NCBI GenBank assembly: GCA_049302065.1
Contig: JBAQLU010000126.1
Coordinates: 7,475 to 71,474 of the forward strand
Direction of reading: 5' to 3'
Length of the DNA: 64,000 nucleotides
Origin: Thermodesulfovibrionales bacterium
GTDB taxonomy: Bacteria; Nitrospirota; Thermodesulfovibrionia; Thermodesulfovibrionales; SM23-35
The notes under the pieces are model-generated. The model did not search any database. It had not been told where the DNA came from and worked only from the letters and a program-made list of their open reading frames with translations. Of the stretch, positions 18,170-28,095 are shown one piece after another. Positions within the stretch are counted from its first letter, which is position 1. Each line of letters starts with the position of its first letter. Position numbers and translations under genes: made by a program.

Positions 18170-19349
18170 TTTGTCTCTTTTTTATGCCTTCGAGGAAAGA
18201 TTCAAGTCTGAATACCAGTTCCTCTTTATCTTTGCCAAGAAGTTTTAGAAGGGCTCTCAAATCTTCAGTGCGCTGCATAATCTGTCTGTTGTCAGGGTCT
18301 GCAGAAAGAAGTTTTTTGTATATATTCATGGCATCGAGGTACTTGCCCCCGGCTATATATTGATCAGCATCTCCTATATTAAGAGCAGATTCCCTGGATA
18401 CTTTTTCTTCTATTGTGCTTATTTTCTCCTGCAAAGCAGGTTCTGGTTTCCTGAAAATGTCTTCAAATGAGATTGATTCTTCCTCGGGTAATTCCTCAAC
18501 TTCCATTACATCTGCCACAGCCTCTTCCTGTTTTTCAACTATTTCAGCGTGAGATTTCCATAACTGTAAATCCTCTTCGCTGATGGAAGTTTCAGGAATT
18601 TTATCTTCCTCTTCTTTTAAGTCTTGTGTTGTATTAAGGTGGGACTGCCACAGATCTGTCTCTTCCTGATTTATAGGTGTTTCAGAGGGTATTTTATCTG
18701 TTTCCTCAATTTTTTCGGTTAATTCAGCAGGAACTGACCATAATTTACTGTCTTCTTCGCCGGCAGATATTTCAGAAGGTTGCTCTTCCTCATGTTTTGC
18801 TTCAGAGGTGGCTGTTGCCATCAAGTCTTTCTCGGTGAAAGGCATCCCAAATGGTTTCCCCTCTCCTTTTTCTGTTATGATTGGTTTTTGTTCAGGCTCT
18901 GATATTTCCTGGAGCTGTTTTGCCTGTGGCTCCTGAACAGGGGGCACAGGTTCCTTCTCAAGGGAAGAAAGACTCGTTGCTGCCCATTCATCCAGCGGGT
19001 TCAGTTTCAATACGGTTCTGAACTCTCTTATCGCCTTATCTTTATCTCCGAGCTCTCTGTAAATCTCGGCTAATTTTTTGTGGGCATATAAATTTTCAGG
19101 TATTGCTCCAATAACCTTCTCAAATTCAGCCATAGCATCAGCGAACATGCCTCTCTCAATATATATCTTGCCGAGTGAGACGCGTGCGCTTAGATATGCG
19201 GGTTGTTTTTCAAGCCCTTTGATGAGCGCATCTATGGCTTCATCATACATCCCGGCTTTTTTGTATTCTTCAGCAAGGGGGACAAAAAGCTTGGAGTTCG
19301 GATCTTTTTCTATTTTTTCCCTGAGTCTTTCTATTTCTTCTGATGACAT
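18147..19349 (-). CDS. TPR-repeat protein with a long acidic low-complexity linker
   Basis: 400 aa. N- and C-terminal TPR-like repeats (YDEAIDALIKGLEKQPAY...) and an E/P/Q-rich centre. Overlaps the Roadblock gene by 23 nt. Confidence 0.7.
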   Translation of the reverse strand: MSSEEIERLREKIEKDPNSKLFVPLAEEYKKAGMYDEAIDALIKGLEKQPAYLSARVSLGKIYIERGMFADAMAEFEKVIGAIPENLYAHKKLAEIYRELGDKDKAIREFRTVLKLNPLDEWAATSLSSLEKEPVPPVQEPQAKQLQEISEPEQKPIITEKGEGKPFGMPFTEKDLMATATSEAKHEEEQPSEISAGEEDSKLWSVPAELTEKIEETDKIPSETPINQEETDLWQSHLNTTQDLKEEEDKIPETSISEEDLQLWKSHAEIVEKQEEAVADVMEVEELPEEESISFEDIFRKPEPALQEKISTIEEKVSRESALNIGDADQYIAGGKYLDAMNIYKKLLSADPDNRQIMQRTEDLRALLKLLGKDKEELVFRLESFLEGIKKRQNEFFGSS

Positions 19350-19385
19350 GATATGCCCAAATTTTCAATCAAATTAAAAAAAAAG

Positions 19386-20558
19386 TCAAGCTCTGATTTT
19401 GACCATCCTGTCCAGTATTGCATCCGCAACCGCGTCTTTACTTAAAACCGGGAGGCTGATCTCCTTTTCGCCCTCAATAATCATGACTTTATTCGTATCG
19501 ACATCGAATCCTGAACCTGCCTCTGTAACATCATTGAATATAATCATATCCATATTTTTTTCTTTTAGTTTCTTTTTTGCGTTTTCAGTCTTCTGGCCTG
19601 TCTCTGCAGCAAAACCGATGATGAAAAGTTTCTTTTTTATTTTGCCGGCTGCTGCAATAATATCCGGAGATCGTTCGAGATGCAAGATCAGCTTTTCGGA
19701 TTTTTCGAGTTTCTTCTGAGACATTTCTGCAGGCGTAAAATCAGAAACAGCGGCTGCCATTATAAGGACAGTTGATGAAGGCAGTTTACTGGTAACAGCG
19801 TTGAACATGTCCCCGGCGGTCTCGACAGAAATGAAATGGACTCCTTTCGGTTTATCTAAAGATGAAGGGCCGCTTATTAATGTTACCTCTGCACCTCTCC
19901 TGAGAGCAGCCCTTGCTATAGCGTATCCCATCTTGCCGGATGACCTGTTTGACAAAAACCTGACAGGGTCAAGGTATTCCCTTGTGGGGCCGGCAGTAAC
20001 AAGAATCTTTTCATTCAAAAGGTCCTTGTTCGCAAGTGCAGATTTCAGGGACTCGATAATATCAGGGATATCAGCCATCTTCCCAATGCCTTCTTCTCCA
20101 CAGGCGAGCAAACCTTTTTCAGGACCGACCTGGATGACCCCAAGAGACAGGAGTGTCTTCAGGTTTTTCCGGAATATGGGGTTCTCGTACATCCGCCAGT
20201 TCATTGCCGGTGCAATAACTGTCTTGCCCCTGAATGAGAGCAGGCATGTGCTTAGCAGATCGTCTGCGATACCATTGGCGAATTTGCCTATTATGTTTGC
20301 TGTCGCAGGTGCTATAACGAGGATGTCTGCATTTGCAGGGAGCGTTATGTGGGACATGGGATCACTGAAGATGTCTGCGTAGACACTGTTCCCGGAGGCA
20401 ACCTCGAGTGATAATGGTGTTACAAAGTTCTTTGCGGCCCCGGTCATAATAACCGTAACCGATGAGCCTTCTTCCCTGAGTCTTCGTATTAAGTCAAGAG
20501 ACTTGTAAGCAGCAACTCCTCCTGTAACACCAAGGAGTATGGATTTATTCCTCAGCAC
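19386..20558 (-). CDS. coaBC: bifunctional phosphopantothenoylcysteine decarboxylase/synthetase
   Basis: 390 aa. GVTGGVAAYKS, PAMNWRMYENP, and TAGPTREYLDPVRFLSNRSSGKMG. Confidence 0.9.
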   Translation of the reverse strand: MLRNKSILLGVTGGVAAYKSLDLIRRLREEGSSVTVIMTGAAKNFVTPLSLEVASGNSVYADIFSDPMSHITLPANADILVIAPATANIIGKFANGIADDLLSTCLLSFRGKTVIAPAMNWRMYENPIFRKNLKTLLSLGVIQVGPEKGLLACGEEGIGKMADIPDIIESLKSALANKDLLNEKILVTAGPTREYLDPVRFLSNRSSGKMGYAIARAALRRGAEVTLISGPSSLDKPKGVHFISVETAGDMFNAVTSKLPSSTVLIMAAAVSDFTPAEMSQKKLEKSEKLILHLERSPDIIAAAGKIKKKLFIIGFAAETGQKTENAKKKLKEKNMDMIIFNDVTEAGSGFDVDTNKVMIIEGEKEISLPVLSKDAVADAILDRMVKIRA

Positions 20559-20943
20559 CTTCCTCTCGTTTTTCTACGAAGAGGCCTTCAAGAGCCTTCT
20601 TGTCGAGAGTCTCCTTCTCATGGAGATAAACCTTCAGATCCTTCTCAAACTCAGTAAGGTCTTCGCCTGTAATCTCTTTCTTTTTCTCCTCAAGGATTTT
20701 TCTATAATCAAATCTCTTGGAATCTTCTTTTGCCTTTTTTGCCTGGTCTCCTATGAGAAATTCGATGGTATTGTCTACGGTCTCTTCAATGGCCATAGTT
20801 GTAACTTTCTTCGCCTTTGTCTTGACCTTTGGGACAGCACCTACAGCCAGTTCCTTGGCCCTCTGTACTGCTATTGCTATGATCCTGAACCTCCCGTCTA
20901 TCCGGTCATGATCATATTCAATCGGTAAAGAAATAATTTCCAT
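20545..20943 (-). CDS. rpoZ: DNA-directed RNA polymerase omega subunit (extended C-terminus)
   Basis: 132 aa. RFRIIAIAVQRAKELA core. Conserved gmk-rpoZ neighbourhood. Confidence 0.8.
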   Translation of the reverse strand: MEIISLPIEYDHDRIDGRFRIIAIAVQRAKELAVGAVPKVKTKAKKVTTMAIEETVDNTIEFLIGDQAKKAKEDSKRFDYRKILEEKKKEITGEDLTEFEKDLKVYLHEKETLDKKALEGLFVEKREEGAEE

Positions 20944-20945
20944 AC

Positions 20946-21578
20946 TTACATCTCCTCCTGCTTTAAAAAACTCTCTTCAATCCAGAGCGGATTTATTTTT
21001 TTGATGCTGACCCTTTGTGAAATAACTACCGCCTCGAACTCCATGAGCGCATCCTCAAGGATATCGTTAATTATAACATAATCATACTTATCGAAGGTTT
21101 TTATTTCTACGATAGTCCTCCCGAGCCTTTTCCCGATTTCCTCTTTTGAATCTGTCATGCGGTTTTTCAGTCTTTCTTTTAATGTCTCGAGGGAAGGGGG
21201 AAGGATGAAGATATAAATGCCCTCCTTATATCTCTCCTTTATCTGCATAGCACCCTGTGTGTCTATATCGAGAATGACATCATTGCCGGAGTCCAGAAGT
21301 TCTTCAAGCCGTTTTCGTGAAGTGCCATACAATTCTCCGTGAACCTCTGCCCATTCAATAAACTCGCCTTTATCCGCCATTAGCCTGAAGTCCTGCCTGT
21401 TGATAAAGGTATAATCCCTGTCATTCACTTCTCCCTTACGGGGCTGCCGTGTAGTGTATGATACAGAGAATTGCAGATTTGGGAGTGAAGAAACGAGTTT
21501 CCTGCACAATGTTGTTTTACCGGCGCCGGAGGGTGCAGAAACTATAAATAAAGACCCTTTACTCTTCTTCTCCTGCAA
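20946..21578 (-). CDS. gmk: guanylate kinase
   Basis: 210 aa. [11 protein letters not shown]-loop and [13 protein letters not shown]. Confidence 0.9.
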   Translation of the reverse strand: MQEKKSKGSLFIVSAPSGAGKTTLCRKLVSSLPNLQFSVSYTTRQPRKGEVNDRDYTFINRQDFRLMADKGEFIEWAEVHGELYGTSRKRLEELLDSGNDVILDIDTQGAMQIKERYKEGIYIFILPPSLETLKERLKNRMTDSKEEIGKRLGRTIVEIKTFDKYDYVIINDILEDALMEFEAVVISQRVSIKKINPLWIEESFLKQEEM

Positions 21579-21849
21579 AGGCTTCCTTTCCTTCGAAGAA
21601 TCTCTGGGTAATGGTCTCTGCCTGGATTGCGGACAAGATGATGTGGTTGCTGTCTGTCACGATTATCGACCGGGTGCGTCTTCCCTCAGTTGCATCAATA
21701 AGTCTGCCTGCCTTTTTTGCCTCTTCCCGAAGCCTCTTCATTGGTGCTGAACCCGGGGTTACAATTGCCACTACCTTGGAAACAGCTACCACATTGCCAA
21801 AGCCGATATTCACCAGTACGGGACTCAAATCACCTTTCTTCATTTTCAA
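21559..21849 (-). CDS. remA: RemA/DUF370 family regulator
   Basis: 96 aa. [25 protein letters not shown]...AK..G.LIDAT.GRRTRS pattern. Confidence 0.85.
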   Translation of the reverse strand: MKMKKGDLSPVLVNIGFGNVVAVSKVVAIVTPGSAPMKRLREEAKKAGRLIDATEGRRTRSIIVTDSNHIILSAIQAETITQRFFEGKEAFAGEEE

Positions 21850-21871
21850 CCTCCAACCGAATATAAACTAC

Positions 21872-21934
21872 AGGCTAAGGCTAAGGTTAAGGCTGAGAAA
21901 AATATTATCTTAACCTCAACCTTAGCCTTAACCT
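21872..21934. repeat. 25-bp-stem hairpin made of AAGGCT/AAGGTT hexamers (probable yicC terminator)
   Basis: AGGCTAAGGCTAAGGTTAAGGCTGA pairs with TTAACCTCAACCTTAGCCTTAACCT around an 11-nt A/T loop. All 4 mismatches are transitions. Confidence 0.5.
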
Positions 21935-21936
21935 TT

Positions 21937-22785
21937 TTATTGTATATTCTGTACCTGTTCTCTGATCTTTTCGATTTCGTTTTTCATATTGACTACAAGG
22001 TTCGATATGGAATAATCACCCGACTTATAGGATAAGGTGTTCACCTCTCTGTTTATCTCCTGAAGCAGGAAATCGAGTTTTTTCCCTATGGTATTGCCAT
22101 TGTCAATAATCTCTATGAACTGTTTCAGATGGTTTTCTGTCCTGCTTATTTCTTCTGAAATATCAAGTTTTTCTGCCATGATGGCAGCCTCCTGAACTAT
22201 CCTGTTATTATCTATCATTCCTGCCTCGACTATCAACCTCAGTCTTTCAGTGAATTTTTCCCTCCATTTTGTTACTTCTTCAGGCGCACGCGCTTTTATC
22301 TCATTATGCATCTCTTGTAACAGCGTTATCCTTCCACGAATCTCATCTGAAAGGAGGCTACCTTCCCGTATTCTCATTGCCTCAAGATTCGAAACAGCTT
22401 CATGGAATGTGGTGTGCAGAGCATCTGTATCAAAATGCGGTTCTTCCTCCATCATGATTTCTCTGTATTCTGTAAGTGTCTCTATGCTGATTGTTCCGGG
22501 TAGAGAGAGTTCTTTCTGCAGATCCAGCAAGGCAGCGTATATGCTTCCTGCAAGATCCCTGTTTATTTTTAGCTGAGGCGCTTTATCGCTGTTTATCGAA
22601 ACAGATACATCAAACTTCCCCCTCTGAAACTTTCCTTTCAGGATATTCCTTAATGGTATTTCGTATTGACTCATGTATGGAGGCATCTTTATTGATATAT
22701 CCATATACCGGTGGTTCAGAGAACGGATTTCAACCGTAAAGTCATTACCTGCTGCACCCCCGAAACCTGTCATGCTTTGTATCAT
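21937..22785 (-). CDS. yicC: YicC-family stress-induced protein
   Basis: 282 aa. MIQSMTGFG start, RSLNHRYMDI, and C-terminal KLDFLLQEINREVNTL. Confidence 0.85.
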   Translation of the reverse strand: MIQSMTGFGGAAGNDFTVEIRSLNHRYMDISIKMPPYMSQYEIPLRNILKGKFQRGKFDVSVSINSDKAPQLKINRDLAGSIYAALLDLQKELSLPGTISIETLTEYREIMMEEEPHFDTDALHTTFHEAVSNLEAMRIREGSLLSDEIRGRITLLQEMHNEIKARAPEEVTKWREKFTERLRLIVEAGMIDNNRIVQEAAIMAEKLDISEEISRTENHLKQFIEIIDNGNTIGKKLDFLLQEINREVNTLSYKSGDYSISNLVVNMKNEIEKIREQVQNIQ

Positions 22786-22903
22786 GTTTTATATAGAATA
22801 TAAAAGACTCAGGAGATTTAGTCAAATAAGTTAAGCATTTAGCTTGAAAAATGCACAGAAATTGTCTAAAATGAGGTTGTAAATTTCCTTTGGAGGAACT
22901 GCA

Positions 22904-23479
22904 ATGGCTGAAATAATGGAGATCAGATGGCATGGAAGAGGAGGTCAGGGAACGGTTACGGCTGCGAAAGTTCTCGCAGATGCTTGCCTGAGTGGCGGAA
23001 GGCATGTGCAGGCATTCCCTGAATACGGCCCTGAGAGGGCTGGAGCTCCTCTAAAAGCATATAACCGGATCAGTGCAAAGGAACTCAGGATGCACTGTCC
23101 TGTTCTCAATCCGCAGGTTGTCAGTGTGGTGGATGCAACATTGCTTGATGGAATTAACGTTGCTGAAGGTGCTACGGAGGATGCGATATTTGTTGTGAAC
23201 ACATCAAAGGATCCAAAGGAGATAAGGGCAAAGCTGAATGCAGGCTCAAGGCAGAAGGTATTTACCGTTGACGCGACAAAGATTGCAGTAGATTGCATCG
23301 GAAGGGCTCTGCCAAATGCCCCTATGCTTGGAACCATATGCAAGGTGACAGGTATCGTAACCCTTGAGCACCTCCTTGAAGATGTCAAAAAAAGCTTTGG
23401 CAAGAAATTTTCACAAAAAATAATTGATGGCAACCTCGAAGCAACAAAGCGTGGATACGAGGAGGTAAAAGAAGGATGA
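22904..23479 (+). CDS. porG: 2-oxoacid (pyruvate):ferredoxin oxidoreductase gamma subunit
   Basis: 191 aa. IRWHGRGGQGTVTAAK. Confidence 0.85.
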   Translation: MAEIMEIRWHGRGGQGTVTAAKVLADACLSGGRHVQAFPEYGPERAGAPLKAYNRISAKELRMHCPVLNPQVVSVVDATLLDGINVAEGATEDAIFVVNTSKDPKEIRAKLNAGSRQKVFTVDATKIAVDCIGRALPNAPMLGTICKVTGIVTLEHLLEDVKKSFGKKFSQKIIDGNLEATKRGYEEVKEG

Positions 23480-23769
23480 AACTCAAGGGATGGAAAGAAT
23501 TGAATCCGGGCGCTGTCATTACCGAGGCAGGCAGTGCAATAAAGTTTAAAACAGGGTCATGGAGATCTTCAAAGCCGGTTTGGATAGAAGAGAATTGCAT
23601 ACAGTGTCTTTTTTGCTGGCTGTACTGTCCTGATATGTCGGTCAAAGTGAAAGATGGCAAGAGGGCTGAATTTGACTATGAATATTGCAAGGGCTGCGGG
23701 ATATGTGCCCTTGAATGTCCGGGGAAGAAAGGCAAGAAAGCAATCGTTATGGTAGAGGAGGGCAAATAA
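23476..23769 (+). CDS. porD: 2-oxoacid:ferredoxin oxidoreductase delta subunit (2x[4Fe-4S])
   Basis: 97 aa. CIQCLFCWLYCP and CKGCGICALECP. Confidence 0.85.
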   Translation: MKLKGWKELNPGAVITEAGSAIKFKTGSWRSSKPVWIEENCIQCLFCWLYCPDMSVKVKDGKRAEFDYEYCKGCGICALECPGKKGKKAIVMVEEGK

Positions 23770-24950
23770 TGGGTAAAATTGTTGCCGTAACCGGGAATGA
23801 GGCGGTTGCAAATGCTTTCAGGCAGATAAACCCTGATGTCTGTGCAATGTATCCTATTACCCCTGCGACTGAGATGATGCAGAGATTTTCAGGTTTTATA
23901 TCAGATGGCCGGGTAAAGACAGAACTTATTCTTGTTGAGAGCGAGCACAGTGCAATGAGTTCCTGTGTCGGTGCGTCTGCTGCCGGCGGAAGGGTTATTA
24001 CTGCAACTTCATCTCAGGGGCTTGCCCTTATGTGGGAGATATTATTTATTGCCTCAGGCACAAGGCTTCCTATCGTTATGCCTGTAGTTAACCGTGCCCT
24101 GTCAGCCCCATTGAATATCCATGGTGATCATTCTGATGCAATGGGCGCCAGAGATACAGGATGGATACAACTGTGGTCTGAGAATGCACAGGAGGCATAT
24201 GATAATGCTATTCAGGCGTTCCGTATTGCTGAGCATATGGATATACGGCTTCCCATAATGGTCTGTATGGATGGTTTTATCATAAGTCATTCTATAGAGA
24301 GGATAGAGTATCTGGAGGATGAGAAGGTCAGGAATTTTGTCGGTGAGTTCAGGCAGCTGAACCCTTTGCTGGACATAGAGCATCCGGTCAGTTACGGACC
24401 TCTGATACTTACTGACTATTATATGGAATACAGAAAAGCACAGGAAGCGGTTGCTTCAAAGGTTTCCAGGATCGTGCTGGATGTTGCTAAGGATTTTGAG
24501 AAACTATCAGGAAGAAAATATGATTTATTTGAGACATACAGGCTTGACGACGCAGAAATAGGGCTTGTCATCCTCAACTCTGCAGCCGGCACCTCGAAGG
24601 ATGTGGTTGATGAATTCAGAAACAGGGGGATTAAGGCAGGTCTCTTAAAGCCCAGGTTATACCGGCCGTTCCCGTATAAGGAAACAGGAGAAGCTCTGAA
24701 ACACCTGAAGGCTCTCTGTGTGCTGGACAGGGCTGATGCCTTTGGCGGTTCCTTTGGTCCGGTAATGTTAGACATCGCTACAAGCCTCTACCCTTATAAG
24801 GAAAAGCCGGTACTGATAAATAAAATATATGGACTCGGGGGAAGGGATTATATGCCTGAGCACGCAGAACTTGTTCTCAACGAACTTGTTGAGATAGCAA
24901 AGACAGGGACGGTAAAGAGCTATAAGGAATACATAGGAGTGAGGGAATAA
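23769..24950 (+). CDS. porA: 2-oxoacid:ferredoxin oxidoreductase alpha subunit
   Basis: The start MGKIVAVTGNEAVA at 23769 overlaps the porD stop (TAATG). The track ORF starts at 23715. Confidence 0.85.
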   Translation: MGKIVAVTGNEAVANAFRQINPDVCAMYPITPATEMMQRFSGFISDGRVKTELILVESEHSAMSSCVGASAAGGRVITATSSQGLALMWEILFIASGTRLPIVMPVVNRALSAPLNIHGDHSDAMGARDTGWIQLWSENAQEAYDNAIQAFRIAEHMDIRLPIMVCMDGFIISHSIERIEYLEDEKVRNFVGEFRQLNPLLDIEHPVSYGPLILTDYYMEYRKAQEAVASKVSRIVLDVAKDFEKLSGRKYDLFETYRLDDAEIGLVILNSAAGTSKDVVDEFRNRGIKAGLLKPRLYRPFPYKETGEALKHLKALCVLDRADAFGGSFGPVMLDIATSLYPYKEKPVLINKIYGLGGRDYMPEHAELVLNELVEIAKTGTVKSYKEYIGVRE

Positions 24951-24951
24951 C

Positions 24952-25887
24952 ATGGGAAAACTTACTTTAAAAGAACTTACCAAGAAGGAAATCCGGATAT
25001 CATCGGGGCACAGATTATGCGCCGGCTGTGGCGCCCCTACAGTCGTAAAAATGGTTCTGCTTGCGATTGATTATCCTGTGATCGCAGCAAACGCAACGGG
25101 GTGCCTTGAGGTTTCAAGCTGCATATCGGATTACACAGCATGGAAGATTCCCTGGATTCACAATGCATTTGAGAATGCTGCTGCTACCCTCTCTGGTGTT
25201 GAGACAATGTACAGGTCTTTGAAAAAGCAGGGGAAGATAGACAAGGAAATAAAGTTCATTGCCTTTGGTGGTGACGGTGGGACATATGATATAGGCCTGC
25301 AGAGCCTTTCCGGTGCGATGGAACGGGGTCATGACATGCTCTATATCTGTTATGACAACGGTGCATACATGAATACCGGTATCCAGCGTTCAAGTGCAAC
25401 GCCTTTTGGCGCTGATACCACAACCAGGCCTGCGGGCAGCGTCGTACAGGGCAAGACCGAACAGAGGAAGAACCTGACAAAGATCATGGCAGCGCACAAC
25501 ATTCCCTATGCAGCCCAGGCTTCTCCAAGCCACTGGATGGACCTCATGAAAAAGGTGCAGAAGGCAATGGAGATTAATGGCCCGAAATTCATGAATATCA
25601 TTACCCCCTGTAACCGGGGATGGAGATCAAGGACCGATGATGCGATACTGTTAAGCAGACTTGCTGTTGAGACCTGCTACTGGCCGCTCTATGAAATAGA
25701 GAATGGAATTACAAAGATAACATTCAAGCCGAAAGAAAAGAAACCGGTTCTGGAATTCCTGAAAGCTCAGGGAAGGTTCAAACATCTCTTCAAACCTGGA
25801 AACGAAGGGATACTGAATAGAATTCAGGCAGAAATAGACAGGGAATGGGAAAGGCTTCAGAAGGAAGAGACCTGTTATGCTTCTTGA
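24952..25887 (+). CDS. porB: 2-oxoacid:ferredoxin oxidoreductase beta subunit (TPP-binding)
   Basis: 311 aa. CAGCG and AFGGDGGTYDIG TPP motif. Confidence 0.85.
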   Translation: MGKLTLKELTKKEIRISSGHRLCAGCGAPTVVKMVLLAIDYPVIAANATGCLEVSSCISDYTAWKIPWIHNAFENAAATLSGVETMYRSLKKQGKIDKEIKFIAFGGDGGTYDIGLQSLSGAMERGHDMLYICYDNGAYMNTGIQRSSATPFGADTTTRPAGSVVQGKTEQRKNLTKIMAAHNIPYAAQASPSHWMDLMKKVQKAMEINGPKFMNIITPCNRGWRSRTDDAILLSRLAVETCYWPLYEIENGITKITFKPKEKKPVLEFLKAQGRFKHLFKPGNEGILNRIQAEIDREWERLQKEETCYAS

Positions 25888-25920
25888 TTATCTCCGGATA
25901 ATTATGATAGGTTTTAGACA

Positions 25921-26415
25921 ATGAGTGGTTCAAACCTTATAATGTACGAAGAGGAGTTCCGGAAGATCGACGCAGAACTCCAGAAGCTGCATCAGCAGTC
26001 AAACGCAAAGGTTGTTTTTCTTGTTGATAAAAACGGCCAACTGATAGCGTCAGCCGGAGAAACACACGACATCGATACGACATCGCTTGCATCTCTTACT
26101 GCCGGAAACATAGCAGCAACCGGAGGGATTGCAAGGCTTCTGGGAGAAAAGGAATTTACCATCCTTTTCCACGAAGGAGAGAAGGACAATATCCATATAT
26201 CGCTTATCGGACAGAGGATCATTCTGGTTGTCATATTCGACAGCAGGTCATCTCTGGGGCTTGTAAGGCTGCGTGTGAAGAAGGCATCGGAGGCAATCGG
26301 CAAGATATTCGATGAGATAACACAGAAGGTTGAAAAAGATAAGGGCGAGGGGAAATTGGAAGAGTCTATTTTTGCAGAGATCAGCGATGAAGATATCGAC
26401 AACCTCTTCAGGTAG
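25921..26415 (+). CDS. mglB: Roadblock/LC7 protein, MglB-like GTPase-activating partner
   Basis: 164 aa, immediately upstream of the mglA-like GTPase. Roadblock-fold pattern with an acidic tail. Confidence 0.65.
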   Translation: MSGSNLIMYEEEFRKIDAELQKLHQQSNAKVVFLVDKNGQLIASAGETHDIDTTSLASLTAGNIAATGGIARLLGEKEFTILFHEGEKDNIHISLIGQRIILVVIFDSRSSLGLVRLRVKKASEAIGKIFDEITQKVEKDKGEGKLEESIFAEISDEDIDNLFR

Positions 26416-26426
26416 GTGCCTGGTAA

Positions 26427-27014
26427 GTGTCTTTTATTAATTATTCTTCACGTGAAATAAACTGTAAGATTGTCTACTACGGTCCCGGGCTTTGTGGAAA
26501 GACCACAAACCTTCAGTATATATACAGGAGAACGAATCCTGAACAGAGGGGAAAGCTCATATCTCTTGCCACCGAGACAGAGAGGACACTTTTTTTTGAT
26601 TTCCTGCCTTTAGCCCTTGGTGACATCAAAGGCTTCAAGGTGAGGTTTCACCTCTATACTGTTCCGGGGCAGGTCTTCTATGCAGCGAGCAGAAAACTCA
26701 TCCTCAAAGGCGTTGATGGTGTTGTCTTTGTTGCTGACAGCCAGCTTGAGAGAATGGAGTCCAATATGGAGAGCCTTGAAGACCTGAAGATTAACCTTGC
26801 AGAGCAGGGGTATGAGCTTGAGAAACTTCCGTACACGATGCAATACAATAAAAGAGATCTGGCGAATGTTGTGCCTGTCGAGGAAATGGATAAGCTCCTG
26901 AATATCCGCAGGGTGCCATGGTTTGAGGGAGTTGCCGTAACCGGCAAAGGAGTCTTCGAAACCCTTAAAGCTGTTGCCAGACAAGTCCTGTTTGAACTGA
27001 AGAAGCACTGTTAA
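26427..27014 (+). CDS. mglA: MglA-like Ras-superfamily small GTPase
   Basis: 195 aa. GTG start, INCKIVYYGPGLCGKTTNLQYIY P-loop, and YNKRDL (NKxD). Confidence 0.8.
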   Translation: MSFINYSSREINCKIVYYGPGLCGKTTNLQYIYRRTNPEQRGKLISLATETERTLFFDFLPLALGDIKGFKVRFHLYTVPGQVFYAASRKLILKGVDGVVFVADSQLERMESNMESLEDLKINLAEQGYELEKLPYTMQYNKRDLANVVPVEEMDKLLNIRRVPWFEGVAVTGKGVFETLKAVARQVLFELKKHC

Positions 27015-27081
27015 TTTGTCAGATAGGAAGATTATTCCAGATCGCAGGCAGTTCTAACTACATTAACAAGGACAGAAGCTG

Positions 27082-27486
27082 TTAGCTTAAATACTTCTTT
27101 ATCTGGGATTCAATCATTTGGGCAGGGATAATAAACGGCTTGTCCTCAATTATAATCTCTATTTCGTTGTCAGAAATGCTACGATATTTTACCTTAATTG
27201 TTCCGAGTACCGACTTCCCGTCAAAGAAGCCACATTCTGTGTTTCCCTCAAATCTTCCACCTCGCCCCGTTATTACGGACTTAACTTTCGTTAGGATTGA
27301 AGATATTTCATTTTTGAGTTTTACAATGAAAGAATGTTTAGTTAGGGATGTACCTTCACAAACACATGGTTGTTCCAATGCAGGGGGTTTTGTTGTAACT
27401 TGGTCAGGTTGTGCGTGAATCACTGCTGGTATCAAAAATAACCCAATAACGATGGTCATGGTTTTTATTTGAAGTGACCTTTTCAT
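27082..27486 (-). CDS. hypothetical small secreted protein
   Basis: 134 aa with an N-terminal signal peptide (IGLFLIPAVIHAQ). No recognised domain. Confidence 0.5.
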   Translation of the reverse strand: MKRSLQIKTMTIVIGLFLIPAVIHAQPDQVTTKPPALEQPCVCEGTSLTKHSFIVKLKNEISSILTKVKSVITGRGGRFEGNTECGFFDGKSVLGTIKVKYRSISDNEIEIIIEDKPFIIPAQMIESQIKKYLS

Positions 27487-27780
27487 ATTTCATCATGCCA
27501 TAGTCTTTTACAGCCAGCATTCCTCAAATTTTCTCATTGTTCTGGCAAACATAATGTTAAGGAGGTGTGGCAGCCAGTCATAGGGGGAACTGGCTGCCAT
27601 GTGAAAATCAGTTTTACTATTACTCTTAATATAAGAAAAGAATATGAAGAAGTGATGAATAAAATATGAAGAATTAGAATAATTTTTCCTTGAAAGAAAT
27701 CTTAAAGTACAGACAATAGTTTTTTGATGGAAATAGCTGGCCGGACAAAACTGGACAGAGACATAAGTGATAAAGCTGCT

Positions 27781-28095
27781 CTATGACTTTAATTTCTTCA
27801 GTCTCTTTGCAACCAGCTTATAGATTTTCTCTTTGTCCCTTTCCCCTATGCCAATAATCTCTATGACTTCAATGTGCTCTCCCAGGAGTCGATATACGAT
27901 ACGATATTTCTTTTTTGCGAAATACAGCTTATAGAATCCGGTTAAATCTATTCCGAACTTATTGCCGAGTGGTTTTCCAAGGAAGGGGTTGTTAGTAAGG
28001 GAATCTATTTTTTTCGCAGCCTGTTTCTCTAATGAACCGGCAAGATTTTCAAAATCCTTCTCTGCATCCGGTAAAAATCCAATCTTATAGGCCAT
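27781..28095 (-). CDS. RelE/ParE-family type II toxin
   Basis: 104 aa. Pattern F.P.A.KD...L......K.......L..NP..G..L........K......YRIVY.....I.V..IG.R. Confidence 0.8.
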   Translation of the reverse strand: MAYKIGFLPDAEKDFENLAGSLEKQAAKKIDSLTNNPFLGKPLGNKFGIDLTGFYKLYFAKKKYRIVYRLLGEHIEVIEIIGIGERDKEKIYKLVAKRLKKLKS

